From contig OZ037767.1 of assembly GCA_964035545.1 (NCBI GenBank), forward strand, positions 32,008,628 through 32,072,627: 64,000 bases of DNA. The letters run 5' to 3'. The notes below the pieces were generated by a model. It searched no databases and was not told where the DNA came from. It saw only the letters and a program-made list of their open reading frames with translations. Of the stretch, positions 1 to 11,400 are shown piece after piece (position 1 is the first letter of the stretch; each line of letters begins with the position of its first letter). Origin of the DNA: Bugula neritina (taxonomy: Eukaryota > Animalia > Bryozoa). Made by a program: the position numbers and the translations under genes.

Positions 1-391
1 ACACACCCACTGTATCAGTTAAAAAACAGGCACCCACTGTAACAAAAGAACAGGCACCCACTGTATCAAGAGAACTCTGTGGTTAATAAAGTAACAATAA
101 TGTAGTTGTATATGTTAACTTATGTCTGGTGGTATTTTGATAAAACACAACAATCAGTATTCTTGAAACACATTTACATATTTTTTACAAATATTTCTTT
201 TCAATGCTACATGTTGACATGTTAAATAACTTAAAGTATACCAACTTCAAGTGACTTAGCTCACAAAGCTTGTGAAACTATCATATTATGATATCACCCC
301 CCCCTCTCCCCCCTCTTCCCCCCCCCCCCAGTACAGTACTTGTATAGTCAACACCAATCAACTTCCTTTAATTTCAATTTAAAATACTTGC

Positions 392-3300
392 CTCTTTTGT
401 ACAAGAGCTGTGACAGTAACCTGTTATCCAAAATTTCTCTTGCTTAGGAGGTACAACTATGCCGTGAATACCCCCACTTTGCAGTACGCCCATATCATTT
501 GGACGTAGCGTTGGCGTGTACGTCATTCTAAGTCCAGACGAGTCAACCACACCTAAAGTATACAATACAACACTTGATAGACCCTGCTGCCTGTTCCAGA
601 CTATTCTATCATAAGGCAGCATTGAGGGTTTGTGTTTGTATAGGCTGAAAGCAATATATACCTTTACACTCAAGCTTCAAACCAATAAGTAATCATGTTT
701 AGAAAAGAGAAGACACCAAACCGGTCAACATGTGTGATATTATAATAAAGATCAAGTTGTGAGAGAAATACAGAAACGTTACCAGAAATCTTTTGTGGAT
801 TATCATAATGAACTTCCATCATGAAGAATGCTGGAGATTGCTGGTCATCTGTTCCTATTGGAAACCCCGCCTCTGGTGGAAGGTGGAACTTCTACAACAA
901 TTCATTGCAAATATTCCTTCCGTGTTGTACTTACCAGCTTATAAACTGCATACTGTATCGTGCTGTTGTGTTATACACTTGTACCTTGCTGTTGTGTTAT
1001 ACACTTGTACCTTGCTGTTGTGTTATACACTTGTACCTTGCTGTTGTGTTATACACTTGTACCTTGCTGTTGTGTTATACACTTGTACCTTGCTGTTGTG
1101 CTATACACTTGTACCTTGCTGTTGTGTTATACACTTGTACCTTGCCGTTGTGTTATACACTTGTACCTTGCTGTTGTGTTATACACTTGTACCTTGCCGT
1201 TGTGTTATACACTTGTACCTTGCTGTTGTGCTATACACTTGTACCTTGCTGTTGTGTTATACACTTGTACCTTGCCGTTGTGTTATACACTTGTACCTTG
1301 CTGTTGTGTTATACACTTGTACCTTGCCGTTGTGTTATACACTTGCAGTACCTTGCTGTTGTGTTATACACTTGTACCTTGCTGTTGTGTTATACACTTG
1401 TACCTTGCTGTTGTGTTATACACTTGTACCTTGCTGTTGTGCTATACACTTGTACCTTGCTGTTGTGTTATACACTTGTACCTTGCCGTTGTGTTATACA
1501 CTTGTACCTTGCTGTTGTGTTATACACTTGTACCTTGCTGTTGTGTGATACACTTGTACCTTGCTCTAACTTATACTATGTTTGAGATACAACAGAGGTC
1601 ATGACCTTACCGTGGCTCCAACAGCCCAGCCAAAGGTCACAGATCTGCACGAATCAGCGAACCCCGGCATCTCGTTTGTGTAGCACTCTCCCTGAGTCTT
1701 GTCGCTATCTTTGAGATGAGCCTTGGTGACATCATAGCAGCCGTAGAGGAGAATGTGATGCACGAATGCCTCGTGACCTTTTTGTATGACTGGCTCATAC
1801 TGTGGATACAGGATACGGGTTCAAAGTTCATAGTTCAAATATAAGTTTGTGTTGTTAGTTTAAATTATAGTATGCATATTTATTTGTGAGTATAAAGTAT
1901 TGTCAATATTGCACTTTCCAGAACTTACAGCAACTATGTGGTGCTTCCTGTCTATTTCTGGAAGGAAGTGGAATGAGCAGAAGTAGGAAGTAGATTTAGC
2001 TGGGATCTCATACTAAGTAATACATAGAATAATAGCAATACAATACATGAAGTAATACAGTACAATACATGAAGTAATACACTATAATACTACATGAAGT
2101 AATACAATGTATAATATATAGAATCATAAAACATGTTACATAAAGTAATATAATGTAATACATAAAGTAATACAGCAGCAGTTACATCATAGAGTTCTAG
2201 TACAAGACAAACTGCACACAATTTTCTGTCTATATATGTTGTCTGTATTAGAGTGAACTCCAGGATATTATGTTTAAAATAGTTAAATGTTCTGGTGACA
2301 GTTACAGTCTCTCTACCAAGTTCAATTCTATAGAACCAATTTGCTAAGAAACAATAATCAATAACTAATAATCAATAACTAATAATCAATAACTAATAAT
2401 CAATAACTAATAATCACTAGCTAGTAATCAATAACTAATCAATTAATAACTAATCAATCAATATGTGACTCACCTGGTCACTCAAGAAATCATGAGTCAT
2501 GGCATCGTCAGGAACCGCTCCGGTAGCTTCCGGCACTTCCAGCAGATATATACTCTTTGACCCTCTGTTGGCCAACTCGTGTTTGTCGCTAGCTGACAGC
2601 TCACTTCCTGCCGGATCAGCTTCTCCGTAAGCATAAATCAGTCGGGTTGTGTCCGTCTGCGGTGTGATAAACTGAGTAGACCAATTTCCTAACATATTTG
2701 TTGATTCTTAAGCTATATATATTTTTATTACACTGTTGTTGAAACTAAGTATATATAGCATTCAATAGTTTTGTCGGCCATATTAGTCAAATTACCTTTG
2801 CCTCACATGCATGTATGCAAAGCCAATTTTCAAGCTAAGCAAAGCATTCATACAACATTTATGTATGGTTTGGCAGGAATAATGTGTAATCGACTGGTAG
2901 GAACACCCATTCTGACATACACAATACAGTCTCCAATGAATAGACCACATAACTTGTTCTATATATACACACCTTTCTCATTGAATTATTAATTTATTAT
3001 TGATTTCTGAAGCAGCATAATATTTTTGCCTTGTCACCAACTATGTAGTATAATGAAAGCATATAGTAAGTAACATTTAATATAACCATGCTTTAACTTA
3101 TGGGGCAAACAACAACTTCCTTTGTAGCCTATGCCTTTGGACAAATATGCTATAAATAATTCACCTATACCTTTGGAAACATATGCTAACTATCTAAATA
3201 GTGAATTCACTCTTCTACAATACAAATACTTAAAACATAAAGTGCTTCTTATGTAAAGCACGTCAGCATTCCAGGAAGTATTAACTTATTTTAACTCTTA

Positions 3301-6300
3301 CTGAGGAATACTGATCAACCCTAACATCTGTTGTGACACAGTTAGTTTAAGGTCACACTTTTCATTTTCTGGCTCTTTGCCAGGTGCTTTATGTTCTATA
3401 TGAACAATGTTCCACTGATAGCTCGAACAGGTTGAATGTCACAGGAACAAAAAAAATATGAAAAGATAAAGAAACTTATGTTCTCCAATATACTTTTTTA
3501 TTTTTTTCAAAAACCAATTCATGTTTAAGTTATAGCTTGTTGAAAAACATAGTCCCCCTTCCACATTCTTTTCAATTTATACGCTCCTGACTTGTTATTG
3601 CGTCTCAATATGCCTTGTATTTGAGTGCTAGTTAGTCTCGCTTCACTAACTTTGCCTATACTTCACAAGTGCCAGTGCTGCTGGCTCAAAAGCTAAATGT
3701 TATAAACTGTCAGCTAAAACCCAATCTTGTATTCCTAGGTTGGTTGGCCTAAATAAAACAATAGTCAAATCATGATTTCATGTTTTAAAAATTTACTCTA
3801 TTCTAACCTGCTGCCTAGCTATAGTTCTATTTTTGATGTATAATTACAAAATTTGTGATACATTTTTTTGGCAACCATGTGATTTATAAAATGCAGTAAT
3901 GGTACTTATAATATTATATTATTATCATTATAATATATTATATAGTATTATGCGTGTTTTTATTATACTGCATAATATCTATTTTATTATTGTTGTTGTG
4001 CAAACAAGTGCAATTAACCTAGTTTTCAAAATGTACCTCTAAATTATCAGAATATCAGTTTAGATATGTTCATGCTTTGTAAGGTAAACCTAAAAAAAGA
4101 GGCTGTATTCCCAAAGTAAAGGGTGTTGAACTATGAACTATATTAGATTAGCCACTCTGCTACCAAGTGCATCAGTATAATATTATTATATGAATAGCTC
4201 TGATGCTTTGTCTCCGGTGGCTGGCTGCGATATGATAACTTGGCCAACTTCCAAGAGTTTAAAATTGGCGCAATTATTCAAGAGGTTACATACTGCACAG
4301 AGCTAGCAGTGATAGTAACCTTGCTATTGACAGTACTTATTACAACTGCCAGCATATAAGCTGCATTGTAGAATGCCGTTGGGGTAGGCTAGTAAAACCA
4401 AATTCTGCTCTCTAATATACCTTAGACACAATGCAGCAACACAATTTTTAGTTTCAAATTACATTTGCCACCCTTACATGAGCTGTGGGCTTCATAAAGA
4501 TTCATATGATTAGAGATTTATGCTATAGGCCCTATCTGTGCTAGTGTATGATGAAAATAACACACCATTGTCAAAGTTAACTTCAAGTATGTTGTTTTCC
4601 AGAAACTCAGTAATGTCCATTTATCTCTCGCATACAAATACTTATGTAATAGCATACAGTTTAAGTTTTATTTTAGAGCACATCTGCAAACTCTACAATA
4701 AGAGCTTGCTTTACCAGTCTATTTCAGACCTGTTTTTGTAGCTAGCAATACGCAAGCTACTTATTTTTTAAACTTTTGGGTTATTTGTTCAAAACCATTA
4801 GCTTTGCTAGTAACCTGAGACTATTGCATCAATTGACAGCCTAATAATTATAACCCATTTGCCGCGAAATATTCATGTAATGATAGTTACTCATATAGTG
4901 CGCGTTTCAATATCGACGACTGCGTGGTCCAGAGGTTAGAGGCCTCAGCGAGGAGTTGGTTGGTCATGGTTCAATCCTGTTTTGTTGCAATTTTTTTATT
5001 AACTTATGCAAATCCTACGCATGTATAATAAATATGGCTATAATTGTAAAGTTTTTTTTTAACTTTTGTTCAACAGTAAGACAACATACATGCATAATAA
5101 TTAGATACTGAACACTGGACTAAACCTTAAATTGATCTTATAGAATACAATGTACTTAAAATAATCATATGCGAATTAGAGAAACTGAAAGTACACCTTT
5201 ACTGACAAGACTGCAAAGTGAAGTGATTTAGCTGAAATTAACTCTGCCAAACAAACAAAGAATTATGTTGTGCTGAGGCATTTTCAATATATTATTGTAA
5301 CATAGTGAGATGATTCAGCTAAGTGCTAATGTAAAACAGGGAACATTATATTGGCAGAAATCCAATAGATTGCCAATTTGTGCGAGAGGGTACTATATGT
5401 TATTGTGATAGCGCAGAGCGGCAAACGTACTAGGAATGTTATAGTTAGTCACAGGAGCGTAGCTAGAACCACCATATGAAGAATTTAGAAAATTTCAGTG
5501 AAACTTGCAAAATGGTGTATGTTTTTACCAAATTGTGAAGAGCATAAACAGAATTTCAAAAAACAAAGAAAGTATATTAGAGAAAACATATCAAGGAATG
5601 TCAAGTTTAACTTTTAGACTTTATAAAATGAATCCCCTGTGCTACAGCAGTGGAACATGGAGGGTGTAAAATTTTACTTATTATGCAACAACTTTCTCAG
5701 AAAATTTTTAATTGAAAAATTAAAAAAGTATATGAAAGAGGAATGCAAGAGCTATCTTTTCATGTAAAATTTGTTAATGTGAGACAAAAACTGTTCGAGC
5801 TATCCCCTGGAAACCGTTTATATATAACATAAAGCAGTGCTTGAATCTGGAAAGTAATGACCTTAAACTAACTGTGGATGTATGGTGAGCACATAATAGC
5901 AGCTGTTGTGATGTATGGTGAGCACATAATAGCAGCTGTTGTGATGTATGGTGAGCACATAATAGCAGCTGTTGTGATGTATGGTGAGAACATAATAGCA
6001 GCTGCTAGGTTTTTAGATAAATTCAGCATCAGCTATGATCTGTCCTGCAATTTAAAATTAATTTGCTATCGTCACATGTTTCTGTGTGAAATTTAGGAGT
6101 TTCCGGAGTAACTCCAAACCCTCAGAGCTATTTTGGTCAAACGCCTTTTAATTTAAACTCTGACTCAGAAATCTAATAATTTATTCTATCTCCTGAACTT
6201 TCAGAATCTGAAGATACAAATGTTAAAGTGTAGTGTGTGTTTGCCTTAAATTGTGCCAAGTAATAAGGTATAATGTGTGCTGGACTTAAGTTCTAACTTT

Positions 6301-7313
6301 GAGTAATCTCTCACCGATATAGGATTGTCCGTGTAATCACACGTGTCTATTTTTCTTTTGTACTTGAAAGTGGATTCACCATCTTTTTCAGAAAAGGAAA
6401 TGAGTGTATAATCCTGAGACAGGTCTAACTCTGGCAGCTGATTGGCTATCCCATGCATATCCTGTGAAAATAATTCAGCCAATTGAAATAAACAGAACAC
6501 TCAACAAATCAGTTCACTGCATGTATGTATTAGTCACTAGTGAGAGAACTGGATTATCTCTAATCTAACCTTGATATGACCTTCACCATTAGAGTCCACC
6601 CACATCATCACAATATCAGCCCCTGTCATCGCTCCATTAGGGGACATTCCCAGACCCACCCATCCTGTAGTCTTACATTTTATCTAAAGAATACAATCAG
6701 GTTTGTTTGTATGTGTTTGTGACTACATGCCAACCTAAACTTAGCATTTTATATGTATTTCCACAAAATTGTGCAGATATTTCATTTCAAACTCATAAAC
6801 TGATTGAACAAAACATCTGTTGACACGATATATTATTCTAATACGAGATATTACGTACTCTGATATGATATATACTGATATGATATATGCTGATATGATA
6901 TATGCTGATATGATATATACTGATATGATATATGCTGATATGATACATGCTGATATGATATGCCTTTAGAAAGTTTAGAACTTGCTGAAGCAGGCACAGA
7001 GTGCAAGTTAAAGGAAGGCAAAAGTGGGCTAAGAGTGCATTGTAAAAGCAGACAATAACTTGAATAAACTTCACTAGATACTTCAATTGTCTTCAACGCA
7101 AGGAATATGTTGTGTTAGTAGCAAGTGATACAGAAAGCGGCAGCTGACCTAGTATAGACTTACCTCAAAAGTGATGTCACCTGATTTGTTAAATGACTCA
7201 TACGACCACAACACTCTGAACTTCTCCTGTGGGTCCAAGACTATGTGGAAATCCTCCTCACAGCGAGTCAGAAGGACATGAAGCAGCATCAAACTTGCTG
7301 CCAACACCTTCAT
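392..7313 (-). CDS. MOXD1: DBH-like monooxygenase (MOXD1-like), paralog A; 3' part runs off the left edge of the window
   Basis: Exons (-): 7164-7313, 6570-6683, 6315-6461, 2474-2656, 1929-2012, 1611-1799, 783-891, 392-552; phases are consistent. Signal peptide MKVLAASLMLLHVLLTRC; DOMON motif GWVGLGMSPNGAMTGADIVMMW; CuH ligands in FVHHILLYGC and MEVHYDNP; also WAVGA and DSSGLR. Exons 2-8 have the same sizes as in paralog B. Confidence 0.93.
960..1564. repeat. 26-bp minisatellite, about 23 copies, MOXD1-A intron 6
   Basis: Unit GCTGTTGTGTTATACACTTGTACCTT. Confidence 0.95.
4918..4997 (+). pseudogene. tRNA-derived relic (SINE head or tRNA pseudogene) in MOXD1-A intron 3
   Basis: A-box-like TGGTCCAGAGG (4925) and B-box-like GGTTCAATCC (4968) at tRNA spacing, followed by a T7 run; cloverleaf stems are degenerate. 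Confidence 0.4.
5877..6006. repeat. 33-bp tandem repeat, about 4 copies
   Basis: Unit GATGTATGGTGAGCACATAATAGCAGCTGTTGT. Confidence 0.9.
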
Positions 7314-7317
7314 ACTT

Positions 7318-7396
7318 GATAGTAGCTGGCAGCAGTAGATAGATAGTAGCTGGCAGCAGTAGATAGATAGTAGCTGGCAGCAGTAGATAGATAGTA
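7318..7396. repeat. 24-bp tandem repeat, about 3 copies, just upstream of the MOXD1-A start codon
   Basis: Unit GATAGTAGCTGGCAGCAGTAGATA. Confidence 0.85.
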
Positions 7397-8479
7397 TTAA
7401 GTTATTCTTTCAGCTATGGTGAGAGTGTAAGTTATTCTTTCAGCTGGTCAGATTATAATATGATTACGACCATAATAACATAAGTATTGATTTACATTGT
7501 GTTTGTGTATAAGGTACAGTGCCACAAAATCGAACTGTGTTTTTCACAAAAGAGTTTTTGTCACATGAAAGCAGAAGTAGAGCTTTTAAAAGGCTATTCT
7601 ATTTGTTATTTTCCCTTGAGGAAATAATAACATGAGTCTTAGTTTATTTGATTCTGAATGCATTCCTGTTATTATAAATTGTGTACATAGCTATAGTTAT
7701 ACAAGCTCATTGCTGCCCTGTTTTCACGTTTGACAGTTTTATATGAAGCTATGGCTGTTTTGGTGTTGTGCCAATCTAATTGTTAATAGTAGCTTGTACT
7801 TGTGAAGCCATAATAGTCAGTACTGAAACAAAACAATTTTAAGCCGTAGAAAATGCAGGTTTATTCTTATTTATAATATGCTATGTTGATATGCTCAGTC
7901 ATCTTTGTTTTACCATCTCTTAATAAACCGTCTTCCAGTCACCTAAAGTTTATATCCACTGTATATATATACACAGAATTTACTGCAGCTTAGCTTGGGG
8001 TCTTACATAGACAGTATTTGTTATCCTCTCTTCAACTCAAGGGCAGATAACTTCTATTGCTGCTATTCCTTACTTGTATCTAAATTGTGTGAGAAAACCT
8101 GCTCTACCTCAAGGGTTATGGGCTGCAGTGTATATGAGTAAAACATTCTCCAAATTTAAGTAAAAGTCTTATAAAATTTTACTTGAATTTATTAAGGCAC
8201 GCAATATGTTGTAAGAATAAAATATATTGATTTAAGAAAATATCTTTCTAAGCTTGAAAGATTCATTATTCAACATAAAATAAAACATTCAAAAATATAG
8301 TTCACTAGGTTTTGATGCAGTCAGTAAAAATATAGCAAAAAGGATGTAAATAGAAACTCTCAAACTATCTATTACAAATATTAATAGAAGCAGATCTGGT
8401 TAAGCTGAATAGATTTGGGTAAAACAGAATATAAAATCAATGTAATATTTGCTCAATAAATTTGTAAGCTAAATTTGGC

Positions 8480-11400
8480 TTACTGAAACAGAGCTATCAA
8501 AGGTAGAAGTAGAGAAATACATGCGGCTGTAGCAGAAGCAGCTGAACTGGGCTCAGTGCAAGGGTCCTCAGATTCTACCTCTTCTATAGTGGGATAGAGG
8601 GAGGGATCAAACGCATCTTCCTATAATAATATGTATTATATAATATCATATACTAATAATATGTATTATATAATATCGTATACTAATAATATGTATTATA
8701 TAATATCATATAATAGTATGTATTATATAATATCATATAATAGTATGTATTATATAATATCATATAATAATAATATGCATTAAATATATCATAAACTAAT
8801 TTGTATACTTTATAATAGTATAATATTAATGTGTATTATGTAATAATATATACACTAATATGTATTATATAATAATATACAACGACAAATGCACACATGC
8901 TATTATATGAAATAGCTATGATCTCCATTATATCGGGAATTGTCCCACCTCATACTCTGTTGAACCTGTCCCAGCACACTGCGAGTACGGCCAGCTTTCA
9001 TGGTACGCAGTCTGGGCAACTACAACCTTTTCATTCGACCAATCAGAGACTTCCAGCAAGGTAATATGAGGGTCTAGCCTTGCATTCTCGCCAACATATG
9101 TGCTACACACAAAATATTTGTATTCTATTATAATTTTTTAATTTGTAATACTTATATTAATAAAATATTATACTGTCAAACTTTTACCTACCTGTATGTA
9201 TGATTGACTTCTACACATGCACTTGCATGTTAAACTTACACTTACAAATGAACTTACATTTATATGTTGCACCTTACATGCTATACTTACGCATATACTT
9301 ACACGTTACACTTACACTCACACTTATATGCTACATTTACACATATACTTACACATTACACTTACACTCACACTTATACGCTACACTTACATGTTGGGAG
9401 TCACACCGAGCCCGGTGTACAGCTTGTCCTCAGAGTTAAACATAAACGTCGGAATAGACTCACATCTGGCCACATTCTGCTTTGGATAGTAGGCTAGAAA
9501 ACTCAGACACATTTCCTCGGCGCTGGCAAGACCACCCTGTAAGATCACAGCATGGTTACGGAGGATAGTATATTAGAAGAGAGAGGATAATATACTAGAA
9601 GAGAGAGGATAGTATACTAGAAGAGAGAGGATAGTATACTAGAAGAGAGAGGATAGTATACTAGAAGAGAGAGGATAGTATACTAGAAGAGAGAAGATAG
9701 TATACTAGAAGAGAGAGGATAGTATACTAGAAGAGAGAGGATACTATACTAGAAGAGAGAGGATACTATACTAGAAGAGAGAGGATAGTATACTAGAAGA
9801 GAGAGGATAGTATACTAGAAGAGAGAGGATAGTATACTAGAAGAGAGAGGATAGTATACTAGAAGAGAGAGGATACTATACTAGAAGAGAGAGGATAGTA
9901 TACTAGAAGAGAGAGGATAGTATACTAAAAGAGAGAGGATACTATACTAGAAGAGAGAGGGTAGTATACTAGAAGAGAGAGGATACTATACTAGAATAGA
10001 GAGGATAATATACTAGAAGAGAGTGGATAGTATACCAGAAGAGAGAGGATAGTATACTAGAAGAGAGAGGATAGTATACTAGAAGAGAGAGGATAGTATA
10101 CCAGAAGAGAGAGGATAGTATACTAGAAGAGAGAGGATAGTATACTAGAAGAGAGAGGATAGTATACTAGAAGAGAGAGGGTAGTATACTAGAAGAGAGA
10201 GGATACTATACTAGAATAGGGAGGATAATATAATAGAAGAGAGAGGATAGTATACTAGAAGAGAGAGGATAGTATACTAGAAGAGAGAGGATAGTATACT
10301 AGAAGAGAGAGGATACTATACTAGAAGAGAGAGGATAGTATACTAAAAGAGAGAGGATAGTATACTAGAAGAGAGAGGATAATATACTAGAAGAGAGAGG
10401 ATAATATACTAGAAGAGAGAGGATAATATACTAGAAGAGAGAGGATAGTATACTAGAAGAGAGAGGATAGTATACTAGAAGAGAGAAGATAATATACTAG
10501 AAGAGAGAGGATACTATACTAGAAGAGAGAGGATAATATACTAGAAGAGAGAGGATAGTATACTAGAAGAGAGAGGATAATATACTAGAAGAGAGAGGAT
10601 ACTATACTAGAAGAGAGAGGATAATATACTAGAAGAAAGAGGATACTATACTAGAAGAGAGAGGATAGTATACCAGAAGAGAGAGGATAGTATACTAGAA
10701 GAGAGAGGATAGTATACTAGAAGAGAGAGGATACTATACTAGAAGAGAGAGGATAGTATACTAGAAGAGAGAGGATACTATACTAGAAGAGAGAGGATAG
10801 TATACTAGAAGAGAGAGGATAGTATACTAGAAGAGAGAGGATACTATACTAGAAGAGAGAGGGTAGTATACTAGAAGAGAGAGGATAATATACTAGAAGA
10901 GAGAGGATAATATACTAGAAGAGAGAGGATACTATACTAGAAGAGAGAGGATAGTATACTAGAAGAGAGAGGATACTATACTAGAAGAGAGAGGATAGTA
11001 TACTAGAAGAGAGAGGATAAGATACTAGAAGAGAGAGGATAATATACTAGAAGAGAGAGGATACTATACTAGAAGAGAGAGGATAGTATACTAGAAGAGA
11101 GAGGATAATATACTAGAAGAGAGAGGATAATATACTAGAAGAGAGAGGAAAATATACTAGTAGAGAGAGGATAATGATACTTACAAAAGTAAGACCAGTT
11201 CTTGAGTCAGAGTTGTAAGTGCAGGTAATCTTTAGCGTGTCTCCCTGTAATCATAAAGTGAAATAATATACTACTTACATAATATAGAAGTATAATCATG
11301 CATACCTACTACCAACTGCTATTTTCTTTTAAAGAAGCTCTGTAAGTAGCCTGCGGAAGGCACAGCATAAGCCATAAAATAAATTCCATTAGTTGAATTA

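Noticed and set aside
793-1604. Cys/Leu/Tyr-rich ORFs of 214-254 aa in three frames
   Set aside because: Translations of the 26-bp intronic repeat, antisense to MOXD1-A.
4851-5430. Possible inverted termini TTTGCCGC / GCGGCAAA around the tRNA-like relic
   Set aside because: Only 8 bp match and no target duplication is evident.
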